DNA of 64,000 bases from Ranitomeya imitator. Taxonomy: Eukaryota. Shown piece after piece: positions 39,017 to 51,627 of this stretch; the first letter of the stretch is position 1, and each line of letters opens with the position of its first letter. Both the position numbers and the translations under genes were made by a program. The stretch is taken from positions 116,064,001 to 116,128,000 of the forward strand of contig NC_091289.1 in assembly GCF_032444005.1 (NCBI RefSeq), given 5' to 3'. The notes below the pieces were generated by a model. That model was given only the letters and a program-made list of their open reading frames with translations, did no database searches and was not told the origin of the DNA.

Positions 39017-41525
39017 CTGTGTCATAAACTTCTGTGAAGCACTAGTCACAACGTCACTACTTCCCTTCTGAGCCCTGACGTGTGCCCAAATAGTGGTTTA
39101 CCCCCATATATGGGGTATCAGTGTATTCAGGACAAACTGGACAACAAATTTTGGGGTCCAATTTCTCCTGTTACCCTTGTGAAAATAAAAATTGCAGGCT
39201 AAAAAATCATTTTTTGAGGGAAACTTCTGTGAAGCACTTGGGGATCAAAGTGCTCACCACACATCTAGATTAGTTCCCTGGCAGGTATATTTTCCAAACT
39301 GGGGTCACTTGTGGGGGAGCTCCAATGTTTAGGCATACAGGGCCTCTCCAAACGCGACATGGTGTCCGCTAACGATTGGAGCTAATTTTCCATTCACAAA
39401 AGTCAAATGGCGCTCCTTCCCTTCCGAGCCCTGACGTGCGCCCAAACAGTGGTTTACCCCCACATATGGGGTATTGGTGTACTCAGGAGAAATTCACCAA
39501 CATATTTTTTTGATCCATTTTATCCTGTTGCCCATGTGAAAATGAAAAAAGTGAGGCTAAAATATAATGTTTGTGAAAAAAAGTTGTTTTTCATTTTACG
39601 GATAAATTTGTGAATCTACTGGGGGTTAAAAGTGCTCACTATACATCTAGATAAATTCCTTGGGGGTCTAGTTTCCAAAATGGGATCACTTGTGGGGGAG
39701 CTCCAATCTTTAGGCACACAGGGGCTCTCCAAACGCGACATGGTGTCCGCTAACGATTGGAGCTAATTTTCCATTCAAAAAGTCAAATGCCACTCCTTCC
39801 CTTCCGAGGCCTGTCGTGCGCCCAAACAGTGGTTCCTCCCATATATGGGGTTTCACTGTACTCGGGACAAATTGGACAACAACTTGTGAGGTCCAGTTTC
39901 TCATTTTACCCTTTATTGTTGATAAAAGATCATTTTTGTGACTAAAAAGTTAAATGTAAATTTTTTTCCCTTCCATGTTGCTTCTGCTGCTGTGAAACAC
40001 CTGAAGAGTCAATAAACTTCTTTTGAGCACCTTGAGTGGTGAAGTTTTTAGAAAGGTGTCACTTTGGGGTATTTTCAGACATATAGACCCCTCAAACTGA
40101 TTTCAAATGTGAGGTGGTCCCTGAAAAAATTGGTTTTGTAAATTTTGTTGTAAAAATGAGATATCGCTGGTCAAATTTTAACCCTTATAACTTCCTAGCA
40201 AACAAAAATTTGTTTCCAAAATTGTGCTGATGTAAAGTAGACATGTGAAAAATCTTATTTATTAACTATTTTGTGTCATATAACTCTCTGGATTAACAGA
40301 ATTAAAATTCAAAATTTGAAAATTGCGAAATTTTCAAAATTTTCGCCAAATTTCCATTTTTTTTCATAAATAAAGGCAAAAATTAAAGACCTAAATTTAC
40401 CACTATCATGAAGCCCAATGTTAGGGTTCGAGTTCCTGCCTCTGCACAGGGGGAATCTCGGGTCATCTCCGCTGCGGTCTCCCATTCTTCTCCTGCCGCA
40501 GTGGAGCTTGCTCAGCAGAGACGTCGATCCCAGCATCTCGCTCAGTCTGACTCTGTGCTTAGAGTTACTGCTGCGTTTCCTGCTTCTCCCATTGAAGTCA
40601 GTGCTGGGCAGCGGCGAGCGGACGTTTCTGGTGCTAAGTTCTGCTTTTTACATTCTGACCATGCCCAGAGTAAGATCGCTCAGTGGAGATCGAGGGTCAC
40701 ATGATCAGATACTGCAGCTAAGGTCCTTGTAGCTGCTAGGACTAAATCCTGCTTTGCACTCTGAGCATGCCCAGGGCGAGATCTCTCAGTGGAGATCCAG
40801 GGTCACATGCTCAGGTGCTGCAGCACTCCATTGGTCCTTCTTTGGAAGGTCCTAAACATGCTGCAGCTATTTAAGCCTCGCATGGCCGCACGGCCATGCG
40901 CTAGTATTGTCTTTTGTAAATGTGTGTGTGTTGTGAGTGAAAGTCGTTCTTTAAAATCCCCTCCCTATTGTATGACTGCTCGCGGAAGGTGGGTGATTGC
41001 TACCTAGCGCCCGACTTAGCCATCAGCACGGTACACATATTACAGCGTCTTATTGCTGTGACCGCCAGTGCGGCGCCGTGCGCTTTCTCTGCGCTTTCCT
41101 AACCCAAGCCTGGGTGGTTAGTGGCGTCCGCCAGTGCGGCACCGCACGCACTCTCGTGCCTCTAAATATATTCTCTTGGTGCGGTACCGCGGCCCTGTGA
41201 CTCAACAGGGTTTGCTTCCTTCACACTGGGTGAAGTTAACCCAAGTGTGTATTCATATTGTACCGCCATCTCGTCCGTCTCTACTAGCAGCAGGGTTTTC
41301 ACCTGCACGGTGGACCTCGGACGGCGAACGCACCTAATACCATTACACCTTATACTTGGTGCATTCCGCCAGTCCTAACACCCAATATGTCACGAAAAAG
41401 CTTTCTCAGAATTGTTAGGATCCATTGAAGCGTTCCTGAGTTATTACCTCATAAAGGGACACTGGTCAGAATTGAAAAAAAATGGCCTGGTCATTAAGGT
41501 CAAAATAGGCTGGGTCATGAAGGGG
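39017..41525 (+). mobile_element. Right part of a non-autonomous TTAA/CCC element with a solo LTR insertion
   Basis: Family body motifs; ends ...gggtcatgaagggg|TTAA at 41525-41529. Confidence 0.75.
40419..41380 (+). mobile_element. Solo LTR, 962 bp, related to the 38157 LTR
   Basis: tgttagggttcgag ... tcctaaca with a 5-bp TSD CCCAA at 40414-40418 and 41381-41385. Confidence 0.93.
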
Positions 41526-41529
41526 TTAA

Positions 41530-42698
41530 AACTGGATTTGGATACAAAATGATTTCCAAAACTTTAAACATCCCAAGGAGCACTGTGCAAGCCATCATAT
41601 TGAAATGGAAGGAATATTATACTACTGCAAATCTACTAAGACCCGGCCGTCCCTCAATACCTTCATCTCAAACAAGGAGAAGACTGATCCGAGATGCAGC
41701 CAAGAGGCCAATGATCACTCTGGATGAACTGCAGAGATCTACAGCTGAGGTTGGACAGTCTGTCCATAGGACAATAATCAGTCGTACACTGCACAAATCA
41801 GGCCTTTATGGAAGAGTGGCAAGAAGAGAGCCATTTTTCAAAGATATCCATAAAAAGTGCAACAAGCCACCTGAGAGACACACCAAACATGTGGAGGAAG
41901 GTGCTCTGGTCAGATGAAACCAAAATCGAACTTTTTGACAACAATGCCAAACGATATGTTTGTCGTAAAGGCAACACAGCTCATCACCCTGAACACACCA
42001 TCCCCACTGTCAAACATGGTGGTGGCAGCATAATGGTTTGGGCCTGCTTTTCTTCAGCAGGGACAGGGAAGATGGCTAAAATTGATGGGAAGATGGATGG
42101 AGCCAAATACAGGACTATTCTTGAAGAAAACCTGTTGGAGTTTGCAAAAGACCTGAGACTGGGACGGACATTTGTCTTCCAACAAGACAATGATCCCAAA
42201 CATAAAGCAATATCTACAATGGAATGGTTCACAAATAAACATATCCAGGTGTTAGAATGGCCAAGTCAAAGTCCAGACCTCAATCGAATTGAGAATCTAT
42301 GGAAAGAGCTGAAAACTGCTGTTCACAAACGATCTCCATCAAACCTCACTGAGCTCGAGCTGTTTGCCAAGGAAGAATGGGCAAGAATTTCAGTCTCTCG
42401 ATGTACAAAACCGATAGAGACATACCCCAAGCCACTTTCAGCTGTAATCGCAGCAAAAGGTGGCGCAGCAAAGTGTTAAGTTAAAGGGGCCGAATAATAT
42501 TGCACGCCCCATTTTTCAGTTTTTGAATTTCCACAAAAAAATGAAAATAACCAGTACATTTCATTCAACTTCACAAATGTGTTCCACTTGTTGTTGGTCC
42601 TTCACCAAAAATTTACATTTGGTATCTTTATATTTGAAGCATGATATGTGGGAGAAGGTTGAAAAATTCTAGGGGCCGAATACTTACCCAAAGCACTG
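41530..42698 (+). mobile_element. Tc1 (DD34E) transposon, 5'-truncated, transposase frameshifted
   Basis: HTH region ISKTLNIPRSTV; catalytic motifs LWSDETK, FQQDNDPKH, SPDLNRIENLW; right end cactg|TA at 42694-42700. Confidence 0.93.
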
Positions 42699-43026
42699 TA
42701 TTCTTAATAATCTACACAGAATCATGAAGAAAAATCCACTTCCTATTTGATTTTTTCCAGGGCCCTAGAAGGTGTCTGAAAGTCTCAAAGAACTTCAGCA
42801 AGAGAGATCAGAGAAGCTATCAAGTTAGCATATTCCAAAAGTGATAGGGGATGGAGAAGGCAGATGTGTCTGTTGATTGAATATTTACGTTTGCAACGTG
42901 GTTTTCTCCTTCCACATTGTATAACCACTATAAAAATGATTTAGCTTCTTCTGTTGAACTATCCTTTGGGAGAAGTGTTCTGTAAGCAATGGTCTCTCCC
43001 TAAGGTTAATTTTTTTTCAATGTAAA

Positions 43027-43386
43027 TCTCTCTGTGGTGCTGTCATGGGTGTAAGGAAAATACATAATTACTTACCAGCAATTGGATTTTCCAGGACCCA
43101 GACAGCACCCTTATATTCTCCCCCACTGATAATGGGTGTATACCAGTTGATTTCTTGGTGTGGGTTTCAAGTGGTATAGAAAGGTCATGGTTTTGGTGAT
43201 TGTATTGAATTTTGTGTAAAACCATTAATTTGTGTCCTCTCATGCTCTGTAATCCAACTGGTGCCAGGGGAAGGTTCCGCATCTATATCTTGTACGTCTC
43301 CTGTCCTCGATGGGTGGATCCCTTCTCTCTGTGGTACTGTCACGGATTCTGGAAATTCCCATTAGTGGCAAGTAATTATGTCTTTT
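43027..43386. mobile_element. Probable DIRS-like terminal remnant (inverted and direct terminal repeats)
   Basis: Imperfect inverted repeat of about 53 bp (43057-43109 vs 43333-43386) plus direct repeat tctctctgtggt.ctgtca.gg at 43027 and 43324. The family is inferred from architecture only. Confidence 0.4.
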
Positions 43387-44078
43387 ATCTGTGTAATTTT
43401 TTTTTTCTACATCTGCGTGACGTTTGCGTGCAGTCCATTTTCATACAGCCACTTTACAAAATGTACACGATCACATAAGTTTCCTAAGTTTATAACAGAA
43501 ATCGATCCACAAAAATAGGGTGTCACGTGGATGTTCCATGTGGATCTGATTTTTTTTAATGCACATACTTGAATGGGTGAGGCTCATCCAAGATTTGTTA
43601 GAAAGTGATGCACTCTGTAATTTTTCACACGTACTGTCGGACCTAGAGGATAATCGTAAATTTAAACAGCTCTATTAAGTAACAAAGATCAGTGTGCTGT
43701 CCGATCACATGTCTCTTTTATACAGTCATCTCCATGAGCCTTAAGCTTGTGATTTTTATAATTGAAATTAGAAAAAGGGGGAGGAAAGAATTTCTGAGAA
43801 TAAAAATTAAACAATAATCCATATTGGTGATATTTCTGTGAGAACCTGTGCTATTTTATGGAAAGTGCTGTGTAATTATGGGTACATGTGTATCCACATA
43901 GTAAGCCGAATTGATATGTTTGGAAAGCCCTTCACAGTGCAATATACAGTATGAGCAGCAAATCGTTACAAAAATGTAAGCAAATAACAAAAGACTGACC
44001 GTCACTTCCCAACAGACATCAGGTGTGTACAGGTGCAAACTAAGCGTAGCCATCGCCATATATAACTAACAAATAAAG

Positions 44079-44435
44079 TTGTGCTCTGTAGCATGAAAAC
44101 ATGAAATACATGAATATGAATTGCATTATTGCTCTAGAAAATAGGAAAATTGAGAATACTTAGAGCATAAATTGGCCAATTCATGTGTACCTGCTAGCCG
44201 AGATAAGGTGATTCATGTTACTGGGAACCTGTCTAATTTGAATCCTCTCCTAGGCTGAAGCCCGCACCCACGTGAGTAGATTGGATCCTGCTATGATTAA
44301 TACCGCCAAATTCAGGCTGGGGATACATAAATTGGCCAAATTATGCACTAAGTATTCTCAATTTTTCCTATTGTTTAGACCAGTAATGCAACTCAAATTT
44401 AATTTATTTCATGTTTTTATGCTATAGCACTACAC
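44079..44435. mobile_element. Foldback MITE with imperfect arms of about 100 bp
   Basis: 44081-44181 versus the reverse complement of 44330-44435 (for example ataggaaaattgagaatacttag / ctaagtattctcaatttttcctat). Confidence 0.75.
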
Positions 44436-46237
44436 AGTGAAACGGTAGTTGTTGGTTGCAAAAATGTAGGCAAATTTTTCGAAAGGCGTTGTCGATATAA
44501 AAGAACGTCATCTCTATTCAGACCCCAGACAAGATTATATACTTACACTCCATGCTCTTATTCATACATCACAACCATAGCCATCCATCACTTTCTAGCC
44601 AAAATAGAGCTCACACTGATAGCAGCCATGTGCCTTCATCACTCTCCTCTATTAGAGAGCAACAAAAGTTGAGGGCAGTCGTATCAATTAATCTTCGATG
44701 CTTCATGGTCAGGATAGCACAGCTAACCCACTTATACTTCTGTTGTGGAAATACTATATAATTGACAGCATGTTTCGATAAGTCTGGAGATACATTTTGA
44801 GAATTGTGATTCCACGACAAATGACAAACCGGATGGCCTATCGACATTGTTATTGAAGTAGTTGCCTGGAATATCTACTGAGTTTGCTAGTCAAACTTAA
44901 GTTTATAAAGACGAATTCTGAGACTATGCAAAATATTAATATTTAAGCTGCTCTGCGATGGGTGATCTTTGCTGCTTTATATTCTTTTGGCAGCTTCCAA
45001 CTTTCTGCGGGTAGAGCTACAGATTCCCTGTAGATGGCAGCACAGCACTGAAGATGACTGTAAAACCTCAACTTTTCCACTTCTAAGAGATTTATTTCTA
45101 AAAAGAAAATAGAAAACACATTGGGCAAATTTTATGTGCGAGAATTGATAAATGTACAAGTAGAAATATTCTTTGAAAGGTAATTTAATATTTATAAAAG
45201 TTAGATTTCTGAAGAACCTGTTCAGGGTCTGTCTACATTTGCGTCGTCATTTTTGGTTATAGCCGCGACACGTCTGTATTTGGCATCACAAGAGTGTGCA
45301 TTGTGCCAGACAAGCTACAATATGACATTACTGGTAATGATAAGTGATTGCCTTGAGACAGGAATACAGAAACTGTTCCCGACAGAGTCCGCTTCACCTC
45401 ACATTACACCTACGCTTCCACCAAACTCGAGTTGCACCAAAGTGACTTTCAACTCTTTCTTTTGTCCTGCTGGAAATGGAATCTCTGTGTTACTCCTGAT
45501 GAGGTCACATTAATAGTGGTGCAGCCAATCTCTGTGCGCAGAGATCTAGGTATGCAGAGCTGCTGAGTCCAGTGATTAGCTGCAGCGCTGTTGCGGAGAT
45601 GTCACTGCTGCAGCCTGTACCCTATTCCTGAAGGAGCAAAGCAGATGCTGCTCTGGATTTGGGGATGTTCAGTAGCAGATGATTTAAATGTTGTTCATTT
45701 TATGGCCACCATAAATTAGTAATAAAAGTTAAAAGGGGAAAATAACTATATCTTGTAACAACAGCAATAAAAAGTACCAATGTAACTGTCACTGGATAGT
45801 GTCACTACCATAGAGAAGCTTTACTTGCTTTATTTTCAAGTATCTTAGCTGAAGAGATCACTAATTATTTATCAAGGTATGTACAGAGTTAAAAGAGTTG
45901 TCCAGGGCAGATTGATATCAAAAGGGAAAATCCAGTATATCCATCCCCCACAGCTTCCATTCCAACATATGCCCTATCTCTGCAGATGTTTATTTTCTAG
46001 TCTCATCTTAATGTACCCAACATATCAGGAAATGATCAGCCAATCACTGGGCACAGATCAGACCCAACATAGCCAATGATTAATGCCCACGACAACGCGC
46101 CCTTCTCCTCCTGCACACCACATGGCGGCAGTTTTGGCGGCAATTAGCAATTCAACAGTCTCTCAATAAAGCACAGTCTCTGAGGCGCACAAGACCCAGT
46201 GTGCTGGGTCGGCCCATCCTGTGAAATAATAAAAGTT

Positions 46238-48376
46238 TGTGACGTCACCTGTGGTACTCAGTCAGGGGTGGCCGACGCTGCTTAACGGGGTCCTCTGGGG
46301 TGATGTTATAGTAGCAGGGATGGTATGGTTTCCCACAGGTGAAGCTGGGTCCTCAGGGCTCCCGATATGTTTGGCAAGGAGGGCGTGGTGCCGGAAATAA
46401 ATGGAGGACACAGGGTTGCAGTCTTTTTACCTGGTTTACTGATGCAAGGCAGCCACAGTTCAGGGTCCAGATCACGGGTGCTAGTGTGGCGCCCCAGGGT
46501 CCTGGTCATCACAGTAATATTGATTTCCTCACGGGGAGAGTGATGTTACACTTGCAGGCAAGAAAGGAAAACTCACCAGGTAAACAGAAGCATGCAACAT
46601 GTTCACACTGAAGGCCACCAGGGGGAGCTTTTGATCCTATTTACTAGGTGACTCCCCATATATATGGCAGTTTTGGAGGGAAAGTTAGTTAGTTAGTGCC
46701 AGACAGCAGACTGGAGAAGTATGAGGCAGGAAGAACGTATGAGAAGCCGTGCAGTCATGAGAGAGTGCTGCAGCTCCTGGACAGAGACAACACCGAAAGC
46801 CGAGCATATTGCAGTGAGCGTGGAGGAGCTAGGAGCACAGGTGCGGACACCAGGGGGAGGACAGCAGCGAGCAGACTGTCTCCCTGGCAAAGTGCTGGCA
46901 GCCGGTAGCTGAGACACTGAGGTTGTAAGGGACTCTACGACTTACATCAGAGACTGGCAGGACAGCTGAACTGCAAGTTACCTGTCCACCATACACCTGA
47001 GACACAGTAACACATAGAGCCCGGGGCATGCTAGAGTCCCTGTAAAAAGGCTCTAGTTACCTGTCATGCAGGAATTGTCCTATCCTATATGGGGGATAGA
47101 GAGAAGATCTGTGAGGACCTTATCTGAAGCCATAGGCAGTAAAGGACTACAATACCACTGCGATAGAGGAAGGCTTTAATCTCCACCTGGAAAAGGGGAC
47201 TCCCAACTTGCCTCCAAGCCGGCCGGACCCTACCTAACCTGTGATCTGGCACCCTGGACTGTGGCTGCCTGAAGTCTTCAGTAAATGAGGTAAAGAGACT
47301 GCAATTCTGTGTTCTCGTTCCTTACTGCACCATTTACCATCATCTTCCATCTACACACCTGGAGCCCTGGGGATATACTTCACCTGTGGGAAGTTATACC
47401 ATCTAGCTGCCTTAACATCACCCCAGAGGACATCTAAAGGCAGCCTCGGTCCCCACTGACCAAACACCACAGATGGGGTCACAAACATAAACTTTATTCA
47501 CTACACCTCTTTAAAGACTTTCCCCTTTTACATGAGCACCCAGGGCCACGGACCAGGTTGCCAGCATGACATCCCTCTGTGAACACCAGACCCGGTACCG
47601 GGTACCCCACGTCCCTGGCGGGTGACTCACTAGTGTGGTCCGGCCAGCTAGGAAGCGACTCAGGAACCCCCTAGCAAGGTGGTGTTGGAAGCCTTCCTTC
47701 TAGTGCTGTGTTGTAGTCCCTTGCTGTCTTAGGCATCACACAAGATCCTCACGTTCTCTCTGTCCCCCAGGTTAGTAGTACACTACCCATATAACAAGTA
47801 ACTCGAGCCTTTTTACAGGATCTCTATCATGACCTGGGCTCTATCTGCTACTGTGTCCTTGGGTGTTAATGGTGGACAGGTGACTTAAAGTCCAGCTGTC
47901 TGCCGGTTTCTGCCATGGGGCATAGAGTTACCCCCACAACCTCAGTCTTCCGGCTATCGGTATCTGTGCTTCAGCGTGGAGCAAGCCCAGCCACAGCTTC
48001 TCTCTTTCTAAAGCTCTTCACTATCCTTCGTTCCACTTCCCCTCTCAGTCTCTTTACAGACTGCTCTGCTTTCCTCTTTGCTCTTCCCAGGAGCTGCAGC
48101 ACCTCCCGTGGCTGCACGGCCTAAGAACTCCTTCCTCACTCCTCACTCTCGACTCACGAACTGACTAACTCCTCCTCGAGACCAGAATATATATCTATAT
48201 CTAGGGAAGCTACCCTGAAATTGAGTTCAGAGCTTCCGCTTCTGGCCTGGAGTCAGAACAGTATTGTATGTGCTGAATACCTGATAAAGGGATTCTTCCT
48301 CGCTTCCAAGCATGACATCACTCTCCCCGTGAGGAAAGCAATGCCCCTGTAACAACTAGGAACCTGGGGTGTTACT
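46238..48376. mobile_element. LTR remnant split in two (46238-46484 and 47630-48376) by an antisense LTR of the same family
   Basis: Both pieces match the reverse complement of parts of 46485-47629; the sequence is continuous across the CTAG duplication. Confidence 0.7.
46485..47629. mobile_element. Solo LTR, 1145 bp
   Basis: tgtggcgcccc ... gtgactca with a 4-bp TSD CTAG at 46481-46484 and 47630-47633. Confidence 0.85.
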
Positions 48377-48829
48377 CTAACCTATGGCATACAATGGGCC
48401 ATACCTAACAGGTTTTTCTTCTCGGTCCCTTTAAGACAAAACACCTTTTTAAGGCAAACATTAATAAACAGTTTCTTTAACGGTTCCATGTAAAACCATT
48501 AGAAAGCACCTTAAGAGGTACTAACTATATACATGACAGTTTGTGGACCATTCACTGTCCATGGCCTCAGTGTCTTTTCAAACAAATGAACTTTTAAACT
48601 TTATTAAGCATTGTCATAGCATTCAGAAGCTGTCTATTTCCTTTGCCAGGGTAGCTCCTGGTGGCTGCTACTCCCTGACTGGGAAAATTCAGGATCGTAC
48701 CTCTCAACTTGTACAGCATACCAAGGCATATTGGCTGGTTCCACCACTGGTGTTTGGGTGGACTGGAGGCATTTAGCAATTGGCCTGGCCTGCTGCTGCT
48801 CCTGCAGGGACTGACATTACAGCCTGGCC

Positions 48830-49065
48830 TGTTTGCGTCGTACACAAAAAATGTTCCTATGTGCGTTGTCTCCGCCCGACTGACAGCGATTTTACGATGG
48901 ATCAAGCGCACGATGGATGAAATGGAAGGCCATCCATCACAATCCATCGCTAATACAAGTCAATGAGAAAAAAACGAATCCAGCAGAAACATTTGCTGGA
49001 TCCGTTTTTTTTTCACAAAATGACGGATTTTGACGGAAACAAAAAGCAGAAGTGTGAAAGAGGCC
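48830..49065. mobile_element. Truncated Harbinger-like MITE (right end only)
   Basis: Ends aagtgtgaaagaggcc|TTA; the left TIR was not found. Confidence 0.5.
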
Positions 49066-49330
49066 TTAGAGTTTAACCCTGCTGTACTGTTCGGGTCAAT
49101 ATGACCCATGATGATTTTTGAGACCCTGTAGATTTTTTTATATGAGGATTTGAAACTAGTGGTATCTTGACTAGGGTTGAGCGAAACGGGTCGAACATTT
49201 TCAAAAGTCGCCGACTTTTGGCGAAGTCGAGTTTCATGAAACCCGATCCGACCCCTGTGCGTGGTCGGCCATGCGGTACACAACTTTCGCGCCAAAGTCG
49301 CGTTTCAATGACGCGAAAAGCGCCATTTCT

Positions 49331-49453
49331 CAGCCAATGAAGGTAAACGCAGAGTGTGGGCAGCGTGATGACATAGGTCCTGGTCCCCACCATCTTAGAG
49401 AAGGGCATTGCAGTGATTGGCTTGCTGTCTGCGGCGTCACAGGGGCTATAAAG
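49331..49453 (+). promoter_or_regulatory. Candidate Pol II promoter of the hAT transposase
   Basis: CCAAT at 49334, reverse CCAAT (ATTGG) at 49416, CGTCA at 49435, TATAAAG at 49447, in a CpG-rich tract inside the left end. Function is inferred. Confidence 0.5.
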
Positions 49454-49939
49454 GGGAGTTCCCGCCGACCGCCATGTTACTGCTGCTGATCTGAGCTTAG
49501 GGAGAGGTTGCTGCCGCTTCGTCAGAAGCAGGGATAGCGTTAGGCAGGGTCCATTAACCACAAAACCGCTTGTGCTGTAGCGATTTCCACTGCCCAACAC
49601 CACCTTCGGTGTGCAGGGACAGTGGAAGCTCCTTTTTTTTTTTTTTTTTTCTTCAGCGCTGTAGCTCATTGGGCTGCCCTAGAAGGCTCCCTGATAGCTG
49701 CATTGCTGTGTGTACGCCGCTGTGCAAACCAACTGCTTTTTTCAAAGCACAAATCCTCTTGTTCCTTCCTTTCTGCACAGCTATCTTGTTTGTTTGTCCA
49801 CACTTTTTATTTAATTTGTGCATCAGTCCACTCCTTATTGCTGCCTGCCATACCTGGCTGAGATTACTGCAGGGAGATAGTAATTGAAGGACAGTTCCTT
49901 TTTTTTTTTTTTTGTGGGAGATTAAGATTGACATTTCTG

Positions 49940-51270
49940 CTAGAGTGCCATCTCTGTCTGTGTCATCTCTCACTCAGTGGGCCATAGAAAGCCTATTTAT
50001 TTTTTTGCTTGATTTGGGTTCCAAAATCTACCAGAAAAAATCACAACATCAATCAGTGGGAGAAAAATATTGGCCTCAGGGCTTGTGTGCCACTCCTTAC
50101 TCCTGTGTGTGCCATCTCTCACTCAGTGGGCCATAGAAAGCCTATTAATTTTTTTGCTTGATTTGGGTTCTAAATTCTACCTGAAAAAATCAATAAATTA
50201 ATCAGTGGGAGATTAATATTGGCCTTTGGGCTTGTGTGGCAGTCCTAAGCGTGCCATCTCTCTCTCTCTCAGATAGTGGGCCATAGAAAGCCTATTTATT
50301 ATTATTTTTTTTATTGGGTTTATAAATTTTCCCTGGAAAAAAAAAAAAAGTGGGAGATTAATATTGGCCTCTGGGCTTGTGTGCCAGTCCTGAGCGTGCC
50401 ATCTCTCTCACAAATAGTGGGCCATAGAAAGCCTATTTATTTTTTGGGTTGATTTGAGTTCCTAATTCTACCTGAAAAAATCAATCAATCAATCAGTGGG
50501 AGAAAAATATTGGCCTCAGGGCTTGTGTGCCACTCCTTACTCCTGTGTGTGCCATCTCTCACTCAGTGGGCCATAGAAAGCCTATTAATTTTTTGGCTTG
50601 ATTTGGGTTCCAAAATCTACCTGAAAAAAATCACTAAATCAATCAGTGGGAGATTAATATTGGCCTCTGGGCTTGTGTGCCACTCCTGACTCCTGTGTGC
50701 GTCATCTGTCACTCAGTGGGCCCTAGAAAGCCTATTTTTTGTTTTATTTGTTTTCTAAATTCTCCCTGAAACAATCATTTTATTTTCTTTGGTTTCTAAA
50801 TTATTCCTGAAAAAAATCATTATTTTGGTATTTTTTTTTCTCTCAAGTCTCCCTGAAAAAAAAAAAAAAAAATCTGTGGGAGATTCATATTGCCCCTTCT
50901 GCTTGTGTGCCAGTCTTGACTCCTGGGTGTGCCATCTCTCTCTCTCTCCCCAATTGTGGGCCATAGAAAGCCTATTAATTTTTTTGCTTGATTTGGGTTC
51001 CAAAATCTACCAAAAAAAATAACTAAATCAATCGGTGGGAGATTAATATTGGCCTCTGGGCTTGTGTGCCACTCCTGACTCCTGTGTGCGTCATCTGTCA
51101 CTCAGTGGGCCCTAGAAAGCCTATTTTTTGTTTTATTTGTTTTCTAAATTCTCCCTGAAACAATCATTTTATTTTCTTTGGTTTCTAAATTATTCCTGAA
51201 AAAAATCATTATTTTGGTATTTTTTTTTCTCTCAAGTCTCCCTGAAAAAAAAAAAAAAAAAAATCCTACA
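49940..51270. repeat. Degenerate tandem repeat of about 150 bp (8 copies of gggcc[a/c]tagaaagcctatt) in the hAT 5' region
   Basis: Core at 49979, 50128, 50278, 50419, 50568, 50718, 50958 and 51107; one block is duplicated at a 389-bp offset. Confidence 0.88.
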
Positions 51271-51627
51271 AAGCCTTTTTTTTTTCCTAAATTCTCCCTG
51301 AAACAATCATTTCATTTTATTTGTTTTATAAATTCTTCTGTAAAAAATAATTTTTTTTTAATTTTTTTTTTCTGAAGTCTCCCTTTTAAAAAAAACAAAC
51401 ACAAATCAGTGGGAGATAAATATTTACATTTGCGCTTCAGTGACAGTCCTGCGTGTGTGCCATCTCATTTGTTGCCAACAACAACAGAGTGTGTAACATT
51501 GTGGCTGATTTTCGTTGTGGTCTCACCCACCTGTAAAGGGGTAGCTAAATCATACTGAAGTTATAGCTCACCGTGTAAGTTGTGTGACAGCAACAAATAC
51601 CGTTCGTTTGTTAACGTTTTTAAAACA

